This document shows positions 18,167-27,786 of a stretch of DNA of 64,000 nt, in pieces. The notes under the pieces were generated by a model, which did not search any database, had not been told where the DNA came from, and saw only the letters and a program-made list of their open reading frames with translations. The position numbers were made by a program, and so were the translations under genes. Each line of letters opens with the position of its first letter. Positions within the stretch are counted from its first letter, which is position 1. Source of the DNA: Candidatus Latescibacterota bacterium (GTDB lineage: Bacteria; Latescibacterota; UBA2968; UBA8231). Location of the stretch: contig OZ241889.1 in assembly GCA_965203355.1 (NCBI GenBank), forward strand, positions 3,232,001-3,296,000, given 5' to 3'.

Positions 18167-19558
18167 TCAGTTGTAATCCGGCCCGCCGACCGGCCCCAGT
18201 AATGCGCGATTTTCCGCGGGCGTCTCCACCGCATTGAGAAAGTCCGCCAAGGCTTGCTGCATCCGCCGGGCTTCCGCTCGATACTCGCCGATCACATTCG
18301 TCTGCTGCCCCGGATCGGCCTGCATGTCGTACAACTCGGGTGCGCCGCCGTGTTCGCCATGCGCCAAGTAGGTCCAGTGCGCGTCGGTCACGGTCGGCCC
18401 GCCGTTGCGGATAAAAGTCGAACTGAAGGCGTATTGCCGCGGCCACGCAACCGAGCCGCTTAGCAGCGGCATCAGCGAGTGTCCGTGCATGGCTAGGTCG
18501 CTCTTTTCCACGCCAGTCAAAGCCATTAACGTCGGCAGCAAATCCACCGATTGCGTCAATGCGCTCACCCGCTGTCCGCCCGCAATCTCGGGGGCGGCGA
18601 TCAGCAGCGGGATGTGGCTGATCTCTTCGTATAGCGGCCAGACGCGCTCGTCCTCGGGGTGGATGTTGGACTTGCCCGTGCGGTTGTGCTCGCCGACGAA
18701 CATGCCGTGATCCGAGGTAAATACCACCACGCTGTTGTCGAACAGCCCAAGCTCTTCAATTTTGTCCAACACGTAGCCGATCCACTTGTTGACCAAGTAA
18801 ATTTCGGCCGCGTAATGGGCCTGGAGGTTGGTCAATTCCTCTTGGGTATAGGCGGTCGCCGGGCCGTAGTTCGGGTGGATCATCGGCGGGCCATCGTAGC
18901 CAGAGCTATCATAGCGGCCCACCAGATGTTCCGGCGGGTCCCACGGCTCGTGCGCGTCAAAGAAATCCACCCATAGTAAAAACGGCTCGCAGCCGCGATT
19001 TTCCTCCAGCCAGCGGCTCGCGGTCTGCGCCGTGCGCACACAGAAGCGGTCTTCTTCCCACGCCCAGTCGCGGTTGGTCCACGAGTGCAGAGTCGCCAAA
19101 TTGCCAAAGCGCGTGTTCGCTATATGCCGATCGACGCGCGTCTTCGCTCCGTCCACCTTTAGGCGCGGCCGCAGGTTGCCTTTCAACAGCGGTTTGTCGC
19201 CCTCTTGCCCGCGAATCCAGTACGCCCCGTCAAACCCCCGGTCAAAATGGTGGATGCCTTTCATCAGATGCGGCGTGTCGCAGATAAGCTGACTCTGGTA
19301 GCCAGCCGCCGCAAAAATCGCGCTCAGCACCGGGATGCCAGCGTCCAGTGGTTTCCAGCCGTGGAAAGGAAAGCTGTAGCGGCCAGTAAAGAGATCGGTG
19401 CGGTTGGGGATGGTCGGAAAACTCGACAAATAGTGTCGGTCAAAGCACACCGCCCGCTCGGCAAAGCGATCGAGCGCCGCCGTGCCGATCCACGCATTGC
19501 CGTTGCACCCCAGATAGTCGTAGCGAAAGGTGTCGCTGACCAAGACGATGATGTTCAT
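18167..19558 (-). CDS. Sulfatase-like hydrolase with Thr at the formylglycine position
   Basis: SDTFRYD, TIPNRTDLFTGR, DAHEPW, TSDHG. Confidence 0.88.
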   Translation of the reverse strand: MNIIVLVSDTFRYDYLGCNGNAWIGTAALDRFAERAVCFDRHYLSSFPTIPNRTDLFTGRYSFPFHGWKPLDAGIPVLSAIFAAAGYQSQLICDTPHLMKGIHHFDRGFDGAYWIRGQEGDKPLLKGNLRPRLKVDGAKTRVDRHIANTRFGNLATLHSWTNRDWAWEEDRFCVRTAQTASRWLEENRGCEPFLLWVDFFDAHEPWDPPEHLVGRYDSSGYDGPPMIHPNYGPATAYTQEELTNLQAHYAAEIYLVNKWIGYVLDKIEELGLFDNSVVVFTSDHGMFVGEHNRTGKSNIHPEDERVWPLYEEISHIPLLIAAPEIAGGQRVSALTQSVDLLPTLMALTGVEKSDLAMHGHSLMPLLSGSVAWPRQYAFSSTFIRNGGPTVTDAHWTYLAHGEHGGAPELYDMQADPGQQTNVIGEYRAEARRMQQALADFLNAVETPAENRALLGPVGGPDYN

Positions 19559-19567
19559 AAGACGCTC

Positions 19568-20596
19568 CTACTCTCGCCGAATTTCATACTCGGCCTTTTC
19601 TGAAGCGATTGAAACGGACTTTTCGCCCCAGGACAGATTGAGACTCAAAGGGATTCTATTGTCAACTGCTCCTATGGCATCTATCGGTGGGCGTATGTAC
19701 TTCTTCACATAAACCGATAGAATTTGTCCTGCGTTAGACGCTACGTGTTCCCACGCTTCTTCTCCGGCCATAGCAAGGCCACCGGAACTTGTAAACTCTT
19801 CGGTTAGTTCTGTAAGGCGCGATGATGAAGTTGGATCTAATACAAGAAGAATAGGAGTAAATCCCGCTGCTCTACATTCTCTTGGAAAAGACAACTCCGC
19901 GGAAAAGCGACCTTGACCGCTTGCCGCAGTTGTAACTCTGAGTTTGAACTCATAGGCTAGGTTTCCGGCGGCTACAAAACAGTCGATTTGGCGACCGTTT
20001 GGGGTCGGCTTTCCATTTTCATCTAGGCGTTTTACCGGCGAATTTCGCGCACCGATAGGTTCGCCACCCAAGCAACTCGCCAGAATGGGTTCAAATAAAT
20101 ACCCTGTTTCTTGTGCAGATCGATTATCAATATCGTATATCCACTTACGCCAAGTCATCCAGCTAAACAAAAGTTCAAGATCGCATGAGCCGAATTCAAG
20201 GAGACTGCGGGGGCCAATTTGATCTGCTTGTGCAAGGGGTTGTGTCTCTAAGATTCGCCCGTACTTCACTCGTCGTCTGTGTAAAGCGCATAGATTTTGA
20301 ACATAGAGCGCAAAGTCGGGATGTTTTCTGACTGCATTGTCAAGTACCTGCAAAAGCAAACCTGAGTTTGCATGAGACACTTCGCTCGTAGCAAACCACT
20401 TCACGGGAATCTGATAGTAGTCTTTACCGGGCACTTCTATGTCAGATAACCCCAACTCAGTAGAGTTCCATTTGAGGTCCCACATGCTGATCAACAAAAG
20501 AACATATAACTCAGAATCGGAGAGAATAACCTGTGCATCCCCTGTGCCGTGAACCTTGCACTTACTCAGCAAATGTCGGATTGAAGCATTAGGCAC
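19568..20596 (-). CDS. Type II restriction endonuclease, ApaLI-like
   Basis: YDIDNRSAQETGYLFEPILA, GRQIDC, AYEFKLRVTTAASGQGRF (PD-(D/E)XK) match R.ApaLI as I recall it; adjacent to a C5 methylase in an AT-rich island. Confidence 0.82.
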   Translation of the reverse strand: MPNASIRHLLSKCKVHGTGDAQVILSDSELYVLLLISMWDLKWNSTELGLSDIEVPGKDYYQIPVKWFATSEVSHANSGLLLQVLDNAVRKHPDFALYVQNLCALHRRRVKYGRILETQPLAQADQIGPRSLLEFGSCDLELLFSWMTWRKWIYDIDNRSAQETGYLFEPILASCLGGEPIGARNSPVKRLDENGKPTPNGRQIDCFVAAGNLAYEFKLRVTTAASGQGRFSAELSFPRECRAAGFTPILLVLDPTSSSRLTELTEEFTSSGGLAMAGEEAWEHVASNAGQILSVYVKKYIRPPIDAIGAVDNRIPLSLNLSWGEKSVSIASEKAEYEIRRE

Positions 20597-20603
20597 AGAA
20601 ATT

Positions 20604-21908
20604 CTATCCGAATAAGGTTAGTTGTGGTTTATCGTTTTTTTTAAGACGCTCTAGTAACAGTGCTGTCTTTCTGAGCACAGGACTCATTGCAGACGCTTTT
20701 GTCAAGGTGAATCCTATCAATGTTCCATTTTCTATTATTTTATTTGGTAAAAATCCGTAACTCTTGATGTGTTCGGCAAAAATTAATGCGAGCTTTGGCG
20801 GAATTGCATTACCGATATGACGTACCTTCTCAGACGTATTTCCCAAAAAGACAAACGAGTCTGGGAACGTTTGGATCCTAGCGCATTCTCTAATCGTCAA
20901 GGGCCTGTCTTCAACAGGGTGGATAAACTCTCGACACGCAGCCCCGGTAATCGTTAGACAAGGCTCATCAAAGCGCAGCCTTTTTAGACCAGAAGGCGCT
21001 CCACCTCTTCTATCTGAGGGCGTTCCGTCCATTACCCGTCTGTAGGCTCTTCGCCTAAAGGAGCCGTGCTGTAACTCTGCGGGAAGATCCTTCATGGTTT
21101 GCCCAGGTTTTAATACGCGAATTCGCTCTGTCTGTATATCGTGGAGCAATGGCCTAAAGTGATCCTTTATTTCTTTAGTACCATCTCTTACTTCATCTTT
21201 CCAAGTACCACTATATCTTACTGTTTGGTCCTTATTGCTAGATGGTTCCGGCAAATCACCTATTGCATGTCTAAGAGTCGAACTGGATTTTCTAAAAATA
21301 GCTCCATGGATATGCAGCACGGGCTGGGGCAAATCAAAGTCGTGCCCCAAGCGGTTGCCGATTACCAAAACGCGCTTCCTTCTCTGCGGAACTCCATACT
21401 CGTGTGCGTAGATTTTATCGACGCGTACTCTATAGCCCAAGTCTATAAATGCTTTAGTCGCTTCGTATATGTATTCTCCATTCTTCGCTGTTAAAAGCCC
21501 TTCTACATTTTCCATGATAAACCACTTTGGCAGTATTATCTCTAGGGATTTAATATAGCTTTTTAACAGGCTATTTCTCGGATCATCCCAAAATTTAGTG
21601 CCAGCGGTACTAAAACCCTGACAGGGCGGCCCGCCGATCAAAATATCCAACTCACCTGCTTTGATTTTTAAGTCGTTGAGCAACATACCAAAATCAAACT
21701 CTCGCACATCGCCCTGGACGCAGTTAGTACCTGAAAAGTTGGCTCTATAGGTTTCAACGGCCTTGGGATCGCTGTCCAGGGCATACAGGATTTGATAACC
21801 AGCTTTCTTGAATCCCAATGAGCAGCCACCTACTCCAGCGAAAAGACTAACTGCACTCGGCACCGATGCTGCCATTTTGCATGTTGGGTCCATGAGGCCG
21901 CTAAACAT
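20604..21908 (-). CDS. C5-cytosine DNA methyltransferase (cognate of the ApaLI-like nuclease)
   Basis: LFAGVGG, GGPPCQGFS, MENV, QRRKR, RIQTFPD, IGNAIPP; true start probably slightly downstream of 21908. Confidence 0.95.
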   Translation of the reverse strand: MFSGLMDPTCKMAASVPSAVSLFAGVGGCSLGFKKAGYQILYALDSDPKAVETYRANFSGTNCVQGDVREFDFGMLLNDLKIKAGELDILIGGPPCQGFSTAGTKFWDDPRNSLLKSYIKSLEIILPKWFIMENVEGLLTAKNGEYIYEATKAFIDLGYRVRVDKIYAHEYGVPQRRKRVLVIGNRLGHDFDLPQPVLHIHGAIFRKSSSTLRHAIGDLPEPSSNKDQTVRYSGTWKDEVRDGTKEIKDHFRPLLHDIQTERIRVLKPGQTMKDLPAELQHGSFRRRAYRRVMDGTPSDRRGGAPSGLKRLRFDEPCLTITGAACREFIHPVEDRPLTIRECARIQTFPDSFVFLGNTSEKVRHIGNAIPPKLALIFAEHIKSYGFLPNKIIENGTLIGFTLTKASAMSPVLRKTALLLERLKKNDKPQLTLFG

Positions 21909-21911
21909 CCT

Positions 21912-22805
21912 TCACCGCGCTAAGATGCGCCGCAACGCACCCTCCAATTCGGGACACGCAAACTCGAAACCCGCTTCCAACAGCCGCTTTGGCAGCACCC
22001 GCTGGCTGGCCAGCAACCCCTCCTCAGCCAATTCGCCCAAGACCAATTTGGCCGCCAACGCCGGCAGCGGCAGCAGCGTCGGTCGCCGCAACACGCGCCC
22101 CAACGTCTGCGTCAACTCGGCATTGGTCACCGGCTGCGGCGCGGTCAGGTTCACCGGCCCGCGCAAGGCGTCGTTTTCCACCGCATAGATCAACGCTGAC
22201 ACCGCGTCCTCCAAGCTAATCCAGCTAACGTACTGCCGCCCGTCGCCGATTTTGCCACCCATCCCCAAGCGGAAGGGCAACAGCATCTTGGCCAGTGCCC
22301 CCCCCCGACGACTGAGGACGATCCCCAAGCGGGCCTGCACGACGCGGATACCAGCCTCGGCCGCTACGGCACTCGCCCCTTCCCACGCTCGGCCCAACTC
22401 AGCCAAAAACCCCTCGCCCGTGTCGCTTTCTTCGTCCAACGCCTCGGCACGCCGATGGCCGTAAATGCCGACAGCCGACGCGCAGACCAACACCCTCGGC
22501 CGCACGGCCAATCCGGCCAAGCACTCAGCGAGTAACCGCGTCGTCTGCACCCGGCTCTGGCGCAGTTGCGCCTTGACGGTGGCAGTCCAACGCCCGGCCG
22601 TGATGTTCCGCCCCCCCAAATGCACGGCCCCATCTATCCCTTCCAGCACCGCTTGTTCCAGCTCGCCAGCTTCCGGATCCCAGCGCAACTCCCCGTGTGC
22701 CGGCGGTCGCCGCACCAAGCGCACCACCGCGTGCCCTTCGCGCTCCAGCCGGTTACAGAGTGCCGTGCCGATCAAGCCGCTGCTGCCCGCTACCAATATC
22801 TTCAC
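21912..22805 (-). CDS. TIGR01777 (YfcH-like) NAD-dependent epimerase family protein
   Basis: GSSGLIG, ASAVGIYG, GGKIGDGRQYVSWI, GPVNLTAP, SQRVLPKRL. Confidence 0.92.
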   Translation of the reverse strand: MKILVAGSSGLIGTALCNRLEREGHAVVRLVRRPPAHGELRWDPEAGELEQAVLEGIDGAVHLGGRNITAGRWTATVKAQLRQSRVQTTRLLAECLAGLAVRPRVLVCASAVGIYGHRRAEALDEESDTGEGFLAELGRAWEGASAVAAEAGIRVVQARLGIVLSRRGGALAKMLLPFRLGMGGKIGDGRQYVSWISLEDAVSALIYAVENDALRGPVNLTAPQPVTNAELTQTLGRVLRRPTLLPLPALAAKLVLGELAEEGLLASQRVLPKRLLEAGFEFACPELEGALRRILAR

Positions 22806-22956
22806 TAGCGACTCCTATTGAGAATCCTCTGCTACTAAAACGCATCCCCGCACTCGACACAAGGGCGCTTGACCCGGTTTTTTCCTCTTGTTTTTCTCTT
22901 AAAAAGCGAATCCCAGCCGGCGTAGCATCGGCCCCGCGACCCAGAAAGTACGCATC

Positions 22957-24405
22957 ATGCCCGATGATTACAGCATCGCCACCACTCCGAGCAGCTTCAA
23001 TGGACATGTCTGTGATAAACAAACCAATGCCTTTAACGCAGCAGATTGGATCGGTCGGCTAGCCGCAGCGCTTGAAGACGTGGCGGCACAGGCGCGACCC
23101 GCTTTAGAAATCCCACACTACGGCCCGCTAGACGAATACTGGCCGAGTATCCACCGGCAATACCGAGCACTCGCCGCCCGCGCCAATCGCGATCCCGCGG
23201 CCGCGCAGCGCTTCGCAGAATCCCCCCTCTGGCTCAAATCCGATCCGGTCGCAGCAAGGGCGATCCTGCGGGAGCATCCCTTGCTGCGACCGGGGCTGAT
23301 CGGTTGGGGCCAGCGCGAAGGGATCGGCTTCATGCTAGCCGAGCGCGACTGGTTCCACGTCGAGCTAAAGTCCCTCATATCCCACCTAGCCAAACGCTCG
23401 CTGAAAGATAGCGGCGGGCAGGCGGCGCAACTGCTGCACCGCTATCTAACGGCCGGGGCGGAGGCCAATCTTCCGGCCTGCGAGATCACGCTCTTGCACG
23501 GCTTAACACTCGACCGGCGCTTCGACCTTGGCCGCGACGCCTACTTGGCTCCCTACGCGGAAGTCAAGGCAACCTACGGCCTGCCCGGCCAACCCGACAG
23601 CGCGAGTCCGCAGCCAAGTCCCGAGCGCACGACCGCACTCGTGCGCAGCCTGCGGTGGGGGCCAGGCGTCGCACCGCCCCCGGACAGCGGCGGCTTTGCC
23701 CATAAGTCCGGTCGCGCTTGCGTCCCGAAAGTAAAGTACCGCTTCCCCGGCGACTACGAGATCGACCTTGCCGACCGATTGCCAGACGACAACAAAGTCC
23801 TCGTTGATCTGCTGTCGATTACAACAAGGACGCCGCTGATCTCCTACGCGAGCTTGGTCCGCGTCGCCCGGTGGATCGAGGAAATCGATCCCAACTTCGC
23901 TTGCAATTTTCGCCTCGCCGCGGCCTACTTGCCCGAAGCAACGCCCAAAGAACACCCATTCAGCCAGCAGGACGCGGCGGCTTTCGCGGCTCTGGCGAGC
24001 CGCTGGTGTACCTATCGCGGCCAGCGCGATGTCATGAACCTGGCGATCCGCCGCCTCGCCGCCTCTTTCGCGCGCGGCGGCAGCCCCTTTAGCGCCGAGG
24101 ATTGCATCCTCGATGTCTCCATCGCCTTGGAGATCATGTACGGTCCGACTAAACACAAGCTAGGCCACCAACTGGCGGCCCGAGCAGAACGGCTGCTTGG
24201 CCAAGGCGCGGATAAACGCGGCTGGATAGCCAACCGAGTGAAGTCCTTTTATAGAGTTCGCTCGGCCATCGTGCATGGGCAAAAGAAGATCAAAGGCGGG
24301 CGCGAGACGATCGACAAAGCACTGGCGGACGGACGCGATCTAGCCTGCCGCTCGCTCGCGGAATTCCTGTCCCGGGGGCCGATACGGAATTGGGAACACC
24401 CATGA
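22957..24405 (+). CDS. Apea-like HEPN domain protein
   Basis: C-terminal DVSIALE...KLGHQLAARA...FYRVRSAIVHG (Rx4H); N-terminal region not recognised. Confidence 0.75.
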   Translation: MPDDYSIATTPSSFNGHVCDKQTNAFNAADWIGRLAAALEDVAAQARPALEIPHYGPLDEYWPSIHRQYRALAARANRDPAAAQRFAESPLWLKSDPVAARAILREHPLLRPGLIGWGQREGIGFMLAERDWFHVELKSLISHLAKRSLKDSGGQAAQLLHRYLTAGAEANLPACEITLLHGLTLDRRFDLGRDAYLAPYAEVKATYGLPGQPDSASPQPSPERTTALVRSLRWGPGVAPPPDSGGFAHKSGRACVPKVKYRFPGDYEIDLADRLPDDNKVLVDLLSITTRTPLISYASLVRVARWIEEIDPNFACNFRLAAAYLPEATPKEHPFSQQDAAAFAALASRWCTYRGQRDVMNLAIRRLAASFARGGSPFSAEDCILDVSIALEIMYGPTKHKLGHQLAARAERLLGQGADKRGWIANRVKSFYRVRSAIVHGQKKIKGGRETIDKALADGRDLACRSLAEFLSRGPIRNWEHP

Positions 24406-24474
24406 CTCGGCGCGATTTTCCTGTTGTCGTCGTTTTCGCGCGCTTTGGTCTGGTCGGCGACGGGCGTATCGCGA

Positions 24475-25578
24475 TCATCGATCCTCGTCTAATTGCGGCA
24501 ACACCGCGCGCAACACCTTGGCCAAGGCTTGCCGCTCGGCGGCCGGTCCTACCGTCAGCCGAACACAGCGGTCGAGCGGAGCCACGCCCGGCATCCGCAC
24601 AAAAACCCCATGCTGCAAAAGCACCTGTAGCAGACGCCGGGCGCGGTCGCCACTACCCACATCAAGCGCCACGAAATTCGTCGCCGAGGGCACCGTTTTC
24701 AGCCCAAGTTCCGCCGCTAACTGCGCGTATTCCCGCCGGCCTTGCTCCACTTGCCGCACCACCGAACGCACGAACTCATCGTCGCCCAGCGAAGCGAGTG
24801 CCCCAGCTTGGGCGATGCGGTTGACGCCAAAGTGATTGCGCACCTTGTCGAGCGCGGCCACCACATCGCGGTGCGCCAGCGCATAGCCGACCCTGGCGCC
24901 CGCCATGCCGTGCGCCTTGGAAAACGTCCGTAGCCGCACCATCTGTTGCCGTTCCACGGCTAGCGGCAACAAGGCATCCGCTGGCGCGAAGTCGATGTAC
25001 GCCTCGTCGAGCAGCAACACGCAATCCAGCGGCAATTCCGCCATAAAATCCCGCAACTCGTCAGCCCGCTGATACGTGCCCATTGGATTGTCGGGATTGG
25101 CCACGTAAATCAGCTTGGGGCGCACTTGCCGCGCCTTGGCCAACAGGGCGGTCAAATCCTCCCGGTCCGCGCGATAGGGCACCTTGTGCAACACCGCCCC
25201 ATGCCCCTCAACGTGGTAGTTAAACGTGGGATAAGCCCCCAGCGACGTCACCACCGCATCGCCCGGTTCGGCAAAAAGGCGCACCAAAAGCCCCAAAATT
25301 TCATCTATGCCCGCCCCCAAGGCGACCTCTTCCCGCGCCACCCGGTGCTGCACGGCCAACGCCGAGCGCAACTCGTATCCCTCCGGGTCGTTGTACCAAT
25401 GCACCTGATCCACCGCTTTCACCATGGCCTGCCGCGCCCGCGGCGAGATGCCAAAATTGCTCTCATTGGCCCCAACCCGCAGGGCGAGCGGCTGTCCCTG
25501 CTCTCGCTCCAAGGCTTCGGGCGGCACAAAGGGAATCGTCGCGGGTAGAGCGCGGACGATGCGCGCAAACGGCAGCAC
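24475..25578 (-). CDS. PLP-dependent class I/II aminotransferase (HisC-like)
   Basis: GANE, NPDNPMG, LDEAY, RTFSKAHGMAGARVGY. Confidence 0.9.
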   Translation of the reverse strand: MLPFARIVRALPATIPFVPPEALEREQGQPLALRVGANESNFGISPRARQAMVKAVDQVHWYNDPEGYELRSALAVQHRVAREEVALGAGIDEILGLLVRLFAEPGDAVVTSLGAYPTFNYHVEGHGAVLHKVPYRADREDLTALLAKARQVRPKLIYVANPDNPMGTYQRADELRDFMAELPLDCVLLLDEAYIDFAPADALLPLAVERQQMVRLRTFSKAHGMAGARVGYALAHRDVVAALDKVRNHFGVNRIAQAGALASLGDDEFVRSVVRQVEQGRREYAQLAAELGLKTVPSATNFVALDVGSGDRARRLLQVLLQHGVFVRMPGVAPLDRCVRLTVGPAAERQALAKVLRAVLPQLDEDR

Positions 25579-25581
25579 GGC

Positions 25582-26409
25582 CTAAGACCACACGTAGATT
25601 TCGTCGTCGCCTTCGGCATAGCCAATGAAGACGGCGAGCACCACTCGTGGATCGTCCCCCTGCACGGCCGGGACCTCGTGGATGCAGCGCGTATTGAAGA
25701 AATACAAATCGCCCGGCGCGAGCGCGACCTCGCAGTGCTCCACGCCCTGAGCAGCCGCATACTCGTGAAAACGGCCCGCGGCGATATGCGGCTGTATCGC
25801 TTCGGTCCACAAGCAGCGATGCAACACCGCCTGCACGCCAGGGCCCGCGGAATTCGCGTTCTGCACGCACAGCACTCCGGCAAATTGATGGGTAAAACGC
25901 GCCACCTCGTAGTTGAACCGCTTTTCGCGCAGCACTACGTGGTCAATGTGCGGACGATAGGCGTGCGTGTCGTAGTGGATGCGAAAGATGGCGGGGCCGT
26001 ACAAGCGCCCATCGCGCTCGCGCGCCGTCTTGACCGCCTTGTCGGGTGCCAACGCCTGCAAGTGCCGATAGAGCAACTGCACCGGGTCGATCAAACCGGC
26101 AAAAAGACCGGCAAAAAGCGCGTGCGTCTCCTCCGCATGCGCCAAGAATGCCTCTTGGTCGCTGCCTAGGTTGCCAAGACTAGTACCAATATCGATGCGC
26201 GTGCGCTCGTCGCCCGCCGCACGCAGCAACCCGCGCTCGGCAAAGCGTTCCATCAGCCGCTGGCAATCGGTCGGCGTACAGACTTGGGGCAGCAAGATCG
26301 CTGGTATCGCCGCCCGAGCCAAGGCGCGGAGCGGGTCGGCGCATTCGTCCGGCCCCACGGGTCGCCACAAGGCCCGCGTGGCCTTTTCTTCGTGCGTTGT
26401 TTTTTGCAA
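25582..26409 (-). CDS. Putative 2OG-Fe(II) oxygenase superfamily protein
   Basis: PHID (HxD), GDLYFFNTRCIHEV, distal Arg; start codon uncertain. Confidence 0.7.
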   Translation of the reverse strand: MQKTTHEEKATRALWRPVGPDECADPLRALARAAIPAILLPQVCTPTDCQRLMERFAERGLLRAAGDERTRIDIGTSLGNLGSDQEAFLAHAEETHALFAGLFAGLIDPVQLLYRHLQALAPDKAVKTARERDGRLYGPAIFRIHYDTHAYRPHIDHVVLREKRFNYEVARFTHQFAGVLCVQNANSAGPGVQAVLHRCLWTEAIQPHIAAGRFHEYAAAQGVEHCEVALAPGDLYFFNTRCIHEVPAVQGDDPRVVLAVFIGYAEGDDEIYVWS

Positions 26410-26727
26410 AGCTAAAACTCCTGTACGTTACTGACGGCTAAAGCCCGTCCGCTTTTTGCCGGAGCACACTTGACAAAGGCGGCGTCTACGTTCTGCTCCG
26501 CAGGCCCGCATCGGGCCTTGTTTACGAGATCGCGTTACGCAAAACGCTATAATCCCCACGCCTGATCGACATCGCGCTGGTACGCGTCGATCCGGCCCGC
26601 CAGCACATCGGCGACCTGTACCACCTGCCAGAGATAGCCCCGCTGACCGCCTTCCTCCGCGTCGGTTTCCACTGGCCGTCCTTTGCTCATGGGACGACCG
26701 CGCCCTTCTTACGTCAAATCCCCTCCA

Positions 26728-27567
26728 TCACCACCCTAGCACCTCGGTCAAGAACGCCTCTACCCCCGCTTCGTACGCGGCCGCGTCCTCGCTAAAGGCC
26801 GTGCTGTGGCCACCCCGCAACTCGATAAACGCCTTGGGCTGGGCTGCGGCCTCGTACAGCCGTTGGCCGTGTGCGAATGCAATCAACTCGTCGTCGCGGC
26901 TGTGGCTCACCAGCACCGGGCAGCGGATCTGCTTTAGGTACTCCAGCGTGGGATATTCGTAGCGGGCCAGCAGACCGATCGGAAAAATCGGATACAGCTC
27001 TTGGCCCAGTGCGGGCATAGCGGTAAAGGTCGCTTCCAAAAAAAGAGCGGCCGGCGTCTTGTCCTGTACTAGCTGCGCGGCGATCGGCCCGCCCAGCGAG
27101 CGCCCCACGACGACGATGCGCTCCGGGGATACGCCCGCCTCAGCGACCAGATAGTCCCACGCGGCCGCCACGTCCCCATAGGTTCCTTCCTCAGAGGGCG
27201 TCCCCTCGCTCTGACCATAGCCGCGATAGTCAAACAACAAAATCCCCAAGCCCAACCGGTGCGCATCCTCGGCTACGCCAAGCAAATTTGATATGTTGCC
27301 CGCATTCCCATGGCAAAAAAGCACTGTGCCGCACGCATCGGCCAACGGCAGGTACCACCCGGTCAGCCGCACTCCATCGCCGGCGACGAGCGCGACTTCT
27401 TCATAGTCCATCCCCACCGAGGCTGGCGTACCTTCAATGCGAGCACTCGGCGCATAGATGAACTTTTCCTGAAAAAAATAAAGATAGGCCGCGGCCAAAA
27501 CGTAGCCCACCACAGCGAGCACCGCGATTCCCAGCACCAAGCGTCCTATGAGCGGCATTAAGGGCAT
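26728..27567 (-). CDS. Alpha/beta hydrolase (ABHD13/BEM46-like), N-terminal membrane anchor
   Basis: HGNAGN, DYRGYGQSEG, GRSLGG, HSRDDE, GGH. Confidence 0.92.
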   Translation of the reverse strand: MPLMPLIGRLVLGIAVLAVVGYVLAAAYLYFFQEKFIYAPSARIEGTPASVGMDYEEVALVAGDGVRLTGWYLPLADACGTVLFCHGNAGNISNLLGVAEDAHRLGLGILLFDYRGYGQSEGTPSEEGTYGDVAAAWDYLVAEAGVSPERIVVVGRSLGGPIAAQLVQDKTPAALFLEATFTAMPALGQELYPIFPIGLLARYEYPTLEYLKQIRCPVLVSHSRDDELIAFAHGQRLYEAAAQPKAFIELRGGHSTAFSEDAAAYEAGVEAFLTEVLGW

Positions 27568-27786
27568 CCGCGCAAGGTCCTCCGTCTAAGTGAAAGTTAG
27601 AATTATTGACACGTCTAACACAAAAAATGCTAATTGTAGAGCCAAATCCATACCAACCCAAAAGATCGCCCATGCCCGTTGTTCTCTCATTCGGCGCCCG
27701 CGGTCCGCGCCTCGTCGTCGATCGCCGCAACGCCAAAATGTATCCAAGCGCACGAGTTGTTCCCATTGCGCTGGGCCCCTAGCCTC

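Noticed and set aside
26430-26727. Coding-like fragments (LDKGGVYVLLRRPASGLVYEIALRKTL*, PRLIDIALVRVDP...) in the intergenic gap
   Set aside because: No start, RBS or recognisable family; may be decayed genes but unsupported.
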